Shown here: one piece after another, positions 10,323 to 19,647 of the stretch | Layout: every line of letters begins with the position of its first letter | How positions within the stretch are numbered: the first letter of the stretch is position 1 | Source of the DNA: Patescibacteria group bacterium | GTDB lineage: Bacteria; Patescibacteriota; Minisyncoccia; Phycocordibacterales; UBA9973 | Assembly (NCBI GenBank): GCA_038061755.1 | Contig: JBBTYN010000004.1 | Location: 3,198-67,197, forward strand | Length of the DNA: 64,000 nt | Direction: 5' to 3' | Translations under genes and position numbers: made by a program | Notes under the pieces: model-generated | Database searches by the model: none | What the model was told of the DNA's origin: nothing | The model's input: only the letters and a program-made list of their open reading frames with translations

Positions 10323-12275
10323 TTACAACAAATCTTCGGGATCTACAAATATTTCAAAAGATGATGGAAGAGAAAGAAGTTTAGCTAGAAGATTTTTATC
10401 TATAGAAGAATTAGTGGAAATTTCTGGAAGAGACCATTCTTGAGTATTTATTTTTATTAATGTGTTTGTTACATATTTATTTTTATTTTTAGTTATAAAT
10501 CCACTGAAGATTTCAGGATTGTATTCTTTAAAAAGTTCTTTTAATGTTTTTTTAGCTTCAATAGACTCTTCTTTATCACCAAAATAGGTAATTTTTATAA
10601 AACGTTTATATGGTGGATAGAATAATTTACGTCTATCTTCTAATTCTTCTCGCACAAAAGATAATAAATTTCCTGCTTTAATTGCAAGGATTGCTGGATC
10701 ATTCTCATTTTTTATTTGGATGATAAGTAATTCTTTTGTGTTATTAATTATTGAAAGTACAATTTGGATAATTTTTTCACTCATTTTAAAATTTGGTATG
10801 CTCCAAAGTGAATCAAAAGAAGCGATAATTGAAAGTGACACTTTGTTTTTTAAGTAGAAAAATGCCATTTCTGTACCTATTAATATTGACCCCTGATTAT
10901 CTTCAAATTCTTTTATGATTTTTTTGGCACCACTTTCTGTTTTTGCAGATTCTTTGTCTAATCTAAAAATTTTTGTTTTTGGAAATTTATTTTTAATTTC
11001 TTCGAAAACAGTTTCTGTTCCTATTCCAAGAGGCATTAAATTCCAACTTCCACAAGTTGCACAAGCAATGTCTCCGTCTATATTTATTTCACATCTATTA
11101 CATACGAACGCCCTTTTTTTATTTTGGTGTGACATATAAAGTACTAATGGTGCTCCACATTTTTCACAGCTCATTGTTTCATTGCAGTCTTTACAAAGAG
11201 TCATAGTTGCTAAACCTTTCCTTAATGAGAAAATAAAAATACTTTTTTTATTTTCTAATGTAGATTTTATTTCTTTTATACTTTCATCATTTAATATTTG
11301 GAATTTTTTATTACCTCTCCCCCCATCGCCTGGTAATTGGCGGGCAGGCTTACCTAAAACTTCTATTTTTCCATCAAAATCAATTCTAAAAGATAACGGA
11401 TATAAGGGATTTAAATTATCCATATCTTTTCTTCCAATTGTCTCGTAGCGTAATATTTCATCAGCTATAATAAATCTAGCATTTATTTTTGAAGCATAAA
11501 TCTCTACAAAAACTCTTAAATCAATATGTGTTTTCGTAATTATTTTATAAATATTAGAATTTTCGTGTTCTAAAATTATAGTGCCAATATTTTTTTTAGG
11601 AATAGACAAAAATGGCGGAGTGCTGATGATTAAGACTGGGTGAGTGGAATTTATTATTTTTTCATAAGTTATTAATTTTTTTTTTGCATTTATTCCACCA
11701 TGTATAGAAAAAGTAAATTTTTCAATTCCTTTTGATAATTGAAGAGTAAATTTTTCTATATCAAACTGAGTTGGTAAAACCAAAAAAATAGATTTATTTC
11801 TTGCAAAAGATTCTCGAACAAGTGTTTTGTATATAGATATGCGATCTTGTAATGGATATTGAAATAATAATTTTTCAGATTTTAGATTTTGTTGTTTTTC
11901 AAGCGAGGTAAAAGGTGGGGTAAGGTGCATTATCTTATCATATTTTTCTATAAAAATATTTGGAATTAATGAAGCAATGGCACTGTTTTTATTTTGGGCA
12001 AAATATTTACTTGTATCAAAAATTGTATCAAGAAATTCTTTTAAAAAAAAAGAACTTCCTTTGTCTTTTGTAACTTTTTTTAAGTTAAAATCCATATTTT
12101 TTACATTGCTTTTTTCCCCTTTTAGTTCTTCACTAGAAGTAACTAGCGCCAGGGTTTCCTTGTTTCTTATTGGAACAGATACAATATTTCCAACAGCTAT
12201 GTTCAAACTGGTAAAATAAGTTAAATCACCTTTCAATATACATTTTTTTAGTGGTATGACGGATATTATTTTCAT
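10323..12275 (-). CDS. priA: Primosomal protein N' (PriA)-like. The Cys-rich zinc region and C-terminal lobe are intact, but the Walker A and DEEH motifs are degenerate.
   Basis: Cys-rich region CKDCNETMSCEKCGAPL...CNRCEINIDGDIACATCGS and lobe-2 motifs are present. No GxGKT is seen, and the DEEH position reads IILEHENS. Confidence 0.7.
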   Translation of the reverse strand: MKIISVIPLKKCILKGDLTYFTSLNIAVGNIVSVPIRNKETLALVTSSEELKGEKSNVKNMDFNLKKVTKDKGSSFFLKEFLDTIFDTSKYFAQNKNSAIASLIPNIFIEKYDKIMHLTPPFTSLEKQQNLKSEKLLFQYPLQDRISIYKTLVRESFARNKSIFLVLPTQFDIEKFTLQLSKGIEKFTFSIHGGINAKKKLITYEKIINSTHPVLIISTPPFLSIPKKNIGTIILEHENSNIYKIITKTHIDLRVFVEIYASKINARFIIADEILRYETIGRKDMDNLNPLYPLSFRIDFDGKIEVLGKPARQLPGDGGRGNKKFQILNDESIKEIKSTLENKKSIFIFSLRKGLATMTLCKDCNETMSCEKCGAPLVLYMSHQNKKRAFVCNRCEINIDGDIACATCGSWNLMPLGIGTETVFEEIKNKFPKTKIFRLDKESAKTESGAKKIIKEFEDNQGSILIGTEMAFFYLKNKVSLSIIASFDSLWSIPNFKMSEKIIQIVLSIINNTKELLIIQIKNENDPAILAIKAGNLLSFVREELEDRRKLFYPPYKRFIKITYFGDKEESIEAKKTLKELFKEYNPEIFSGFITKNKNKYVTNTLIKINTQEWSLPEISTNSSIDKNLLAKLLSLPSSFEIFVDPEDLL

Positions 12276-12369
12276 AAATTTTTTGTGGCGTTAAGCTCGT
12301 AGTTTTTGTGACATTAAGCTAGTAGTTTATACATTTCATTCTAGCATAAATGTGTGTTATATTACTTCC

Positions 12370-13383
12370 ATGAGATTTTTTTCACGTAAATTAGGAATAG
12401 ATTTAGGTACAGCCAATACTTTAGTATTTATACCTGGTAAGGGTATTGTTTTAAATGAGCCTTCAGTTGTGGCAGTTTCTGAACAGGATAATAAAATTAT
12501 AGCGATTGGTTTTGAGGCGAAAGACATGATAGGCAAAACTCCAGATTCAATAATTACTTATTGTCCTATGAAAGATGGAGTTATTGCAGATTATAGAGTG
12601 ACCGAAGCAATGCTTCGTTATTTTATAAGTAAGGCAATGGGTAAATTTAGTTTTTTTAAGCCAGATGTAATGGTTTCTGTTCCTGCTGGTGTTACCTCTA
12701 CTGAAAGACGAGCTGTGATTGAAGCAGCAATACGCGCGGGCGCTAAAAATGCTTATGTGGTTAAGGAGCCAATATTGGCAGCGATTGGCGCTGGAATTCC
12801 TATTTATGAATCAAAAGGTTATATGGTAGTTGATATTGGCGGAGGCACAACAGATGTAGCTGTAATATCCTTAGGTGGGATTGTCGCATCAACTTCAGTT
12901 AAATTTGCTGGAAATAAAATAGATATTGCGATAGCAGATTATATTAAAAAAACTTTTAATCTTGCAATTGGCGATAGGACAGCCGAAGAAGTTAAAATTA
13001 AAATTGGTGCGGCGGTACCTTTAGAAGAAGAGCTTCGTGTGACAATCAAGGGTAGAGATTTTATTCAAGGATTACCTCGAAGCGCTCAAGTAGGAACTAA
13101 TGAAATAGTAAAAGCCATAGATGCAGAATTAAGGCAAATTATAAAAGCAATCAAAGATGTCTTACAAGAAATTCCACCAGAGCTTGCTTCCGACATTATT
13201 GATCATGGAATTATTATGACGGGTGGTTCTTCTCAATTACGAAATCTTACAGATTTGGTTTATAGAAAAACTGGAGTTAAAGCTACTTTAGCTGAAGATC
13301 CTCTTTTTTGTGTGGTTAAAGGCACAGGTATTGCTTTGGAACATTTAAGTGTTTATAAGAAAACAGTTTTAAGTAAGAAATGA
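12370..13383 (+). CDS. mreB: Rod-shape-determining protein MreB.
   Basis: Actin-fold signature GIDLGTANTLVF... Start chosen at MRFFSRKLGIDLG. Confidence 0.9.
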   Translation: MRFFSRKLGIDLGTANTLVFIPGKGIVLNEPSVVAVSEQDNKIIAIGFEAKDMIGKTPDSIITYCPMKDGVIADYRVTEAMLRYFISKAMGKFSFFKPDVMVSVPAGVTSTERRAVIEAAIRAGAKNAYVVKEPILAAIGAGIPIYESKGYMVVDIGGGTTDVAVISLGGIVASTSVKFAGNKIDIAIADYIKKTFNLAIGDRTAEEVKIKIGAAVPLEEELRVTIKGRDFIQGLPRSAQVGTNEIVKAIDAELRQIIKAIKDVLQEIPPELASDIIDHGIIMTGGSSQLRNLTDLVYRKTGVKATLAEDPLFCVVKGTGIALEHLSVYKKTVLSKK

Positions 13384-14165
13384 TTTCAAAACATTTAGAT
13401 AAGAATAATTTACACCATGCGTACTTGATAGAAGGCGCACAAAGTAAAATTATTCCGGATATCATAAAATTTTTAAAAAGTTTAGGTATAAACACTGTTG
13501 GTAATCCTGATTTTGTTAATATCTCAATTGATAATTTTAAAATTGATGAGGCTTTTAGTTTACGTTCCATGTCATCAGATAAAGGATTTTCTTCTGCTCT
13601 ATCTGCGCAGGCAGGAAAAAAGATATTTATGATTTGCGTTAACAATGTATCTTTAGATGCTCAAAATGTATTGCTAAAAATGTTTGAAGAGCCAATAGAA
13701 AATACACACTTTTTTTTGATAGTACCAGACGTTAATGCTCTTCTAAAAACTTTAGTCTCTAGATTTTATTTTGTTTCAGCTAGGCAAGATCTAGCTGAAA
13801 CAGAAGAAACGAGAAAGGCAGAAAAATTTATTACTATGTCGTTAAAAAGCAGAATTGATTTCATTAAAGAATTATTAGTAGAAGAGGAAACAGAAGATGA
13901 AGATGGAAATGAAATAGTTGTTTTAAATTCCACTCGTTCTAAAGCTTTAAAGTTTTTAAATGCGCTAGAGTTTGTTTTGCATAAAAAAATCTTAGATGTG
14001 TCCTTTAATATAAGTTTCTTTGAACATTTTTTTAAAGTTCGTAAATATTTACGTATGCCAGGTTCGTCCGCTAAAAGTTTAATGGAGTCAGTGGCATTAA
14101 TTATACCAAATATGTTACAATATGGAGTACCATATAAAAATGGCATTCGGACATTAAACAAATAA
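13380..14165 (+). CDS. holB: DNA polymerase III delta' subunit.
   Basis: HAYLIEG, LLKMFEEP and TLVSR motifs of the clamp-loader delta' subunit. Confidence 0.75.
   Translation: MISKHLDKNNLHHAYLIEGAQSKIIPDIIKFLKSLGINTVGNPDFVNISIDNFKIDEAFSLRSMSSDKGFSSALSAQAGKKIFMICVNNVSLDAQNVLLKMFEEPIENTHFFLIVPDVNALLKTLVSRFYFVSARQDLAETEETRKAEKFITMSLKSRIDFIKELLVEEETEDEDGNEIVVLNSTRSKALKFLNALEFVLHKKILDVSFNISFFEHFFKVRKYLRMPGSSAKSLMESVALIIPNMLQYGVPYKNGIRTLNK
13773..13801. repeat. Inverted repeat gtttcagctag-gcaagat-ctagctgaaac (11-bp arms) inside the holB coding region.
   Basis: Seen directly. It shares the core AGCTAGGCAAGAyCTAGC with the palindrome at 28161..28208. Confidence 0.7.
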
Positions 14166-14200
14166 ATTTGTTTATGCTCCTCATTTAATTTTATAAAACT

Positions 14201-14752
14201 ATGCAATATAATTTTTCAAATTTTAAAAATGAACTTAAAAAAGTAGAAGAATTTTTGAGTAAAGAATACAGTCAGTTGAATATCGGACGGGCATCGCCGA
14301 TGATTTTGGACGGAGTGTTCGTTGAATCATACGGTTCTTATGTTCCACTTAAGAATGTAGCTTCTGTGTCTATTGAAGATCCTAAGACATTGCGTATTGC
14401 ACCTTGGGATAAAAGTCAGGTAAAAGGTATTGAAAAGGCTATTGTTGATTCAAATTTAGGATTATCTGTGGCGACTGATGACTTAGGTATAAGAGTTATT
14501 TTTCCACAATTAACGACTGATACAAGAAAAACTCTTGTAAAAGTTTTAAAAGAAAAATTAGAAGAACAAAGAATTACTGTGCGTAAAGAACGTGAGGTGG
14601 TGTTTCGTGACATAGAAGTGAAAGAAAAAGAAGGCAAAATGACTGAAGACGAGTTGTTTCGCGCAAAAGAAGAATTACAAAAAATTATTAATGAAACCAA
14701 TGACAATCTTGAAGCAATTTTTGAGAAAAAAGAAAAAGAAGTAATGGGTTAA
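14201..14752 (+). CDS. frr: Ribosome recycling factor.
   Basis: LNIGRASPMILDGV...RIAPWD and the Frr helical bundle. Confidence 0.9.
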   Translation: MQYNFSNFKNELKKVEEFLSKEYSQLNIGRASPMILDGVFVESYGSYVPLKNVASVSIEDPKTLRIAPWDKSQVKGIEKAIVDSNLGLSVATDDLGIRVIFPQLTTDTRKTLVKVLKEKLEEQRITVRKEREVVFRDIEVKEKEGKMTEDELFRAKEELQKIINETNDNLEAIFEKKEKEVMG

Positions 14753-14756
14753 TGAT

Positions 14757-15911
14757 ATGAGCATTATAATTTTTATCATAATACTTTTGGTGCTGGTGTT
14801 GGTTCATGAGTTTGGACATTTTTTTACAGCGAAAAAATTTGGTATTAGGGTGGATGAATTTGGTTTTGGTTTTCCGCCTAAATTATTTAGTTTTAAGAAA
14901 GGGGAAACAGAATATTCTTTTAATTTATTGCCACTAGGCGGTTTTGTAAAAATATTTGGCGAGAATGTTGATGAAGCTGATTTTGTGGAAGTTGGGTTTT
15001 TAGATAAAAAAGAAACTTCTGAAAAAATTGAATTAGCAAAAAGAAGTTTAGCAAACAAACCAAAATGGCAACAAGCCATAGTACTTTTTGCTGGGATTTT
15101 TGCTAATTTTTTATTGGCATGGATTTTATTTTCTATTGGTTTTATGTCCGGACTTCCGACATCGGTTGGTAGTGAAGTTGCTGGTTATAAACTTCAAGAT
15201 GTGCATTTAGTAATTGTTTCTATTTTGCCAAAATCCCCCGCTGAAAATGCCGGACTTAAAATTGGTGATAAAATAATAAATATACAGAGTTTACCCGCCG
15301 GAGGCGTCAGTGGTGGTAATTTCACTACTTACATAAACCCTGAAATTATAAAAGATTTTATAGTTTCAGGGAAAGGCAAAGAAATTGATATTGGATATAT
15401 TCGAGGAAAAAATTCTGAAGTAAATATTGCTAAAGTAAGTCCAAAAGAAAATAATGGACAATTTACTATTGGAATTTCAATGGACGAGATTGGTACGGCT
15501 AAATTACCCTTTTTTACGGCACTTTGGGAAGGAATGAAGTTGAACTGGTTTATGATTAAAAATACTGCTGTAGGGCTTTATACGCTTATAAAAGAAGGCA
15601 TACAAGGAAAAGGAAGCTTCGCTTCCGTTACTGGTCCTGTCGGCATAGTGGGTATTGTTGGTGATGCTTATCAGTTTGGTTTTGTTTACCTTTTGTCTTT
15701 TACCGCCCTAATTTCAATAAATCTCGCAATTATAAATTTAATACCATTTCCAGCTCTTGATGGTGGAAGACTTTTCTTTCTATTGATTGAAAAAATAAAA
15801 GGATCACGTATTAGTCCAAAAATTGCAAATACTGTAAACATGATTGGTTTTGGTATTTTGATATTGCTTATGGTTGTTATTACTTTTCATGATGTAGCTA
15901 AGTTGTTTTAG
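14757..15911 (+). CDS. rseP: Site-2 protease of the RseP family (zinc metalloprotease with a PDZ domain).
   Basis: HEFGHFF zinc motif, PDZ region, and LNLIPFPALDGG. Confidence 0.85.
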   Translation: MSIIIFIIILLVLVLVHEFGHFFTAKKFGIRVDEFGFGFPPKLFSFKKGETEYSFNLLPLGGFVKIFGENVDEADFVEVGFLDKKETSEKIELAKRSLANKPKWQQAIVLFAGIFANFLLAWILFSIGFMSGLPTSVGSEVAGYKLQDVHLVIVSILPKSPAENAGLKIGDKIINIQSLPAGGVSGGNFTTYINPEIIKDFIVSGKGKEIDIGYIRGKNSEVNIAKVSPKENNGQFTIGISMDEIGTAKLPFFTALWEGMKLNWFMIKNTAVGLYTLIKEGIQGKGSFASVTGPVGIVGIVGDAYQFGFVYLLSFTALISINLAIINLIPFPALDGGRLFFLLIEKIKGSRISPKIANTVNMIGFGILILLMVVITFHDVAKLF

Positions 15912-15912
15912 T

Positions 15913-16881
15913 ATGAAAAAGAAAAAAATAAAAATCGGGGTGCTTTTTGGGGGAAAATCAGCAGAACATGAGGTGTCGCTTAAATCTGCCAGCAATGTAA
16001 TTAAAGCTCTAGATAAAACAAAATATCACATAACCTCAATAAAAATAAATAAAGACGGAAAATTTGATTTTAATAATCTCAAGAATTTTGATGTGATTTT
16101 TCCAGTGATGCATGGACCTTTTGGCGAAGATGGTAGTATGCAAGGGCTTTTAAAGCTTGCAAATATTCCTTTTGTGGGACCTGGTGTGTTAGGTTCAGCG
16201 GTTGGAATGGACAAAGATGTTACAAAAAGACTTTTACAAGATGCTGGTATTCCTATTGGAAAATTCACTACTTTTAAATTTGGCGATAAAATAAATTTTA
16301 GTAAAGCAAAAAAAGAACTTGGTTTACCACTTTTTATAAAACCGGCAAACATGGGTTCGTCAGTTGGAGTCAGTAAAGTGCGAAATGAAAAAGAATTTAA
16401 AAAAGGTATTAACGAAGCTTTTAAATTTGACACAAAAGTAATTATTGAAGAATTCATCGATGGACGGGAAATAGAATGTGCATTACTTGGCAACGATACA
16501 CCTATGGTATCTATCCCGGGTGAAATTATCGCCAATCAGGATTTTTATTCTTACGACGCAAAATATATAGATGAAGGATCGGTCGCAGAAATTCCAGCAA
16601 AAATTAATAAAAAAATAATAAAAAGAATTCAGGAATTGGCAATTAAGACATTCCAGGCGCTTAATTGCGAAGGGATGAGTCGGGTAGATTTTTTTCTTAA
16701 AAAAAATGGAGATATTTTTGTAAATGAAATAAATACAATTCCAGGATTTACTGATATTAGTATGTATCCAAAATTATGGGAAACGAGCGGTATTTCTGTA
16801 TCAAAACTTTTAGATAGGTTGATTGAATTAGCAATAGAGCGATTTGAAAAAGAACAAAAATTACAAACAACAGTTAAATAA
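15913..16881 (+). CDS. ddl: D-alanine--D-alanine ligase.
   Basis: KIGVLFGGKSAEHEVSL N-terminus and ATP-grasp motifs, next to alr. Confidence 0.9.
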   Translation: MKKKKIKIGVLFGGKSAEHEVSLKSASNVIKALDKTKYHITSIKINKDGKFDFNNLKNFDVIFPVMHGPFGEDGSMQGLLKLANIPFVGPGVLGSAVGMDKDVTKRLLQDAGIPIGKFTTFKFGDKINFSKAKKELGLPLFIKPANMGSSVGVSKVRNEKEFKKGINEAFKFDTKVIIEEFIDGREIECALLGNDTPMVSIPGEIIANQDFYSYDAKYIDEGSVAEIPAKINKKIIKRIQELAIKTFQALNCEGMSRVDFFLKKNGDIFVNEINTIPGFTDISMYPKLWETSGISVSKLLDRLIELAIERFEKEQKLQTTVK

Positions 16882-16883
16882 TT

Positions 16884-18020
16884 GTGAAGAATAATTTATC
16901 CCTATCTTATCTTGAGCTATCTAAAAAGAACCTGATTTATAATATCAAGCAGTTTAAAAATTTAGCCAAAAAAGGCACAAGATTTTCTGTGGCTATAAAG
17001 GGGAACGCTTACGGTCATGGACAAAATGAGATAGCTCAGATTCTTGATCCGTATGTAGATTATTTTCAAGTGGATAGTTTTGAAGAGTTGAAATTATTAA
17101 GAAAAGTAAGTAAAAAAGAAACTTTAGTTTTAGGATATGTACAAAAGTCAAACTTAAAGGAAGTTTTTAAACTAAAATGTATTTTATCTGTTTTTTCTAT
17201 AGAGCAATTACAAGCAATCTCCGCTATGGCGGAGATTGCTGAAAAAGTTCAAGAAATTCATTTACCTATAGATGCATACCTTGGACGGGAAGGATTTTTA
17301 TTAAATGAATTACTTAAAGTTTTTAAAGAAATAAAAAAGTGTAAGTTTATAAAAATTACTGGTATTTATGCACATTTTGCAAACATAGAAGATACTTCGA
17401 ATTTTATTCATGCGCAGAAACAAATCAAAGAATATCAGAAAGCTTTAATGTTGGCAAAAGAATTTGATTTTAAAAATTTACAGACTCATATTTCAGCCAC
17501 TTCTGGACTTTTAGTTTATGAAAAAAATCAGGGAATTAATTCAATCATACGTTTGGGTATTGGAATTTATGGTATTTGGCCTTCAGTAGATTTAAAATCT
17601 AGGTACAACAATAAAATTAATTTAAAACCAGTACTTGCGTGGAAAACAAAAATCGCACAAATTAAAACTTTACCAAAGGAGAGAACTATTGGTTACGGGT
17701 TAACTTATAAAACAAAAAAAGAAACTAAAATTGCCATTATTCCGCAAGGTTATGCAGACGGATTTGATCGAGGTTTTTCCAATAACGGTTTTGTTTTAAT
17801 TGGTGGTACTAGATGTAAAATATTGGGTAGAGTTTCTATAAATATGTTTGTGGTAGATATAAGCCATTTAAATAAAGTTAAAATTGAAGATGAAGTGATA
17901 ATTTTAGGTAAGCAGAAAAAAGAGGAAATCACTGCAGAAGAGATGGCAGGAAGAATAAATACTATTAACTATGAGATAACGACGCGCATTAGCACTCTAT
18001 TGCCGAGAGTTATTGTATAG
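16884..18020 (+). CDS. alr: Alanine racemase.
   Basis: PLP-binding motif SVAIKGNAYGHG. Confidence 0.85.
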   Translation: MKNNLSLSYLELSKKNLIYNIKQFKNLAKKGTRFSVAIKGNAYGHGQNEIAQILDPYVDYFQVDSFEELKLLRKVSKKETLVLGYVQKSNLKEVFKLKCILSVFSIEQLQAISAMAEIAEKVQEIHLPIDAYLGREGFLLNELLKVFKEIKKCKFIKITGIYAHFANIEDTSNFIHAQKQIKEYQKALMLAKEFDFKNLQTHISATSGLLVYEKNQGINSIIRLGIGIYGIWPSVDLKSRYNNKINLKPVLAWKTKIAQIKTLPKERTIGYGLTYKTKKETKIAIIPQGYADGFDRGFSNNGFVLIGGTRCKILGRVSINMFVVDISHLNKVKIEDEVIILGKQKKEEITAEEMAGRINTINYEITTRISTLLPRVIV

Positions 18021-18023
18021 CCC

Positions 18024-18064
18024 TGCCCCGTACTGAGTTTGCTCTAGTTCGGGGTTGCTTTTTA
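18024..18064 (+). terminator. Putative intrinsic terminator after alr.
   Basis: Stem CCCCG...CGGGG followed by TTGCTTTTT. Confidence 0.45.
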
Positions 18065-18089
18065 GGCTTTTTTATACTAATCTATATAT

Positions 18090-18248
18090 ATGTCACAAGA
18101 TAGACTTATAAAACTTGCCTGTGGAACTTGCAAACGCATAAATTACTGGTCCAGTAAGAACAAAAAACTCGTCACAAAAAAGATTGAGCTTAAAAAATTC
18201 TGCAAATGGTGCCGAAAGCAGACTAAACATAAAGAGACCAAAAAGTAG
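18090..18248 (+). CDS. rpmG: 50S ribosomal protein L33. This 52-aa gene is absent from the ORF track because it falls below the track's size cutoff.
   Basis: MSQDRLIKLACGTCKRINYWSSKNKK...IELKKFCKWCRKQTKHKETKK; zinc ribbon with two CxxC pairs. Confidence 0.85.
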   Translation: MSQDRLIKLACGTCKRINYWSSKNKKLVTKKIELKKFCKWCRKQTKHKETKK

Positions 18249-18313
18249 ATTTTCTCTGTTTTTCTGTTATACTAAAGACGGCCATTGGTCGTTTTTTTAT
18301 TTAGTTATTATAA

Positions 18314-18386
18314 GGGCGATTAGTTTAGTGGTAGAACGAAGGCCTCCAAATCCTTTGGCGGGGGTTCGATTCCCTCATCGCCCGCA
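18314..18386 (+). tRNA. tRNA-Trp (anticodon CCA).
   Basis: Cloverleaf: acceptor GGGCGAT/ATCGCCC, T-loop TTCGATT, anticodon loop CTCCAAA. One C-U mismatch at the loop-closing pair. No 3' CCA is encoded. Confidence 0.7.
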
Positions 18387-18455
18387 TGCAAAAAAATTAT
18401 AAATATTTAAGCGCAATTTTTAATCCGTTTGCAATAAAAGAATAATTTTTAAAAA

Positions 18456-18797
18456 TTATTCCTCTCTGTCAAATATTTCCAAAATCCAGTTTACTATTGC
18501 AAGTACTATACCAAATAAAAGTGCATACCAGAAACTATCTACTGTAAATCCGAGTACGATATAGCTTGCAAGCATAACAAGTAGTCCATTGATAACTAAT
18601 ACAAAAAGTCCAAGCGTTAAGATTGTAATAGGCAAGGTTAAAAATATAAGTATTGGACGCAAAATTAGATTAATAGCTCCAAGAACAACTGCCAGAACAA
18701 ATGCCGCAAGTAAACTACTTACATGAACTCCGGGTAAAATATAAGCTGTTATTAATATAGCGATAGTCGAAACAATAAAATGTATAAATGTTTTCAT
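18456..18797 (-). CDS. DUF360/YvlD-family small membrane protein (phage_holin_4_2-like).
   Basis: 113 aa with four TM helices in the pattern typical of this family. Confidence 0.6.
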   Translation of the reverse strand: MKTFIHFIVSTIAILITAYILPGVHVSSLLAAFVLAVVLGAINLILRPILIFLTLPITILTLGLFVLVINGLLVMLASYIVLGFTVDSFWYALLFGIVLAIVNWILEIFDREE

Positions 18798-19645
18798 AGT
18801 TTATTTATTGTAGCAGATTTTGATGCGTCAATCCACTTTATTTCTTTATCTCGTTTAAACCACGTCATTTGACGTTTGGCGTATTTAAGAGTTTCTGAAA
18901 TTACTTTTTCTGGCGTTGGATTATAATATTCAAAACCTAATTCTTTTAACCTTTTTTTCGAGACACCGGAACGTTTTAATTTTTTTATTTCATTAAGTAA
19001 ACCCATTTTGAACATTTTTTTTACTCTTTTTTCTACTTTTTTCTTTAATTTTTCTTCTGGTAAATATAATCCAATTTTTATAAATTTATACGGAGGAGTT
19101 TTTTCCGTAATTTTTGGGACTTTACCGAGAGCCTTTGCTATTTCAATCGCCCTAATTATCCTGACCTTATTATTTTGTTCATTTTTATTTTTTATATTTT
19201 TTGCTCGAGTCTTATCTAATTTAAATAATATATGAAATAATGCGGTCGCATCTTTTCGTAGCATCTCTTTGCGAAGTTTTATATCTGGCGGGACTTCTGG
19301 GAAAATTATTCCTTTAGTTATTGCATCAATATAAAATCCTGTGCCTCCGCAAATTATAGGAATATTACTGCGAGCTAATATTTCTTTTATTTTTTCTTCT
19401 GCAAGTTTTTTATATTCTGCAACTGTAAATCTATGCCTAGGATTTACCACATCAAGCAAGTGATGAGGTACACCCTTCATTTCTTTTTTGGTAATTTTAC
19501 CGGTGCCAATATCAAGACTTTTATATACTTGTCTAGAATCAGCAGAGATAATTTCCCCATTTATTTTTCGGGCGATTTTAACCGCTAAATTACTTTTACC
19601 AGTAGCGGTTTGACCTAGAATTATTATTACTTTTGGCTTTTGCAT
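18794..19645 (-). CDS. miaA: tRNA dimethylallyltransferase.
   Basis: P-loop GQTATGKS followed by ADSRQVYKSLDIGTGK. Confidence 0.9.
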   Translation of the reverse strand: MQKPKVIIILGQTATGKSNLAVKIARKINGEIISADSRQVYKSLDIGTGKITKKEMKGVPHHLLDVVNPRHRFTVAEYKKLAEEKIKEILARSNIPIICGGTGFYIDAITKGIIFPEVPPDIKLRKEMLRKDATALFHILFKLDKTRAKNIKNKNEQNNKVRIIRAIEIAKALGKVPKITEKTPPYKFIKIGLYLPEEKLKKKVEKRVKKMFKMGLLNEIKKLKRSGVSKKRLKELGFEYYNPTPEKVISETLKYAKRQMTWFKRDKEIKWIDASKSATINKL

Positions 19646-19647
19646 GT

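Noticed and set aside
18184-18402. 72-aa plus-strand ORF.
   Set aside because: It overlaps the 3' end of rpmG and the whole tRNA-Trp; the tRNA and L33 calls explain this sequence better.
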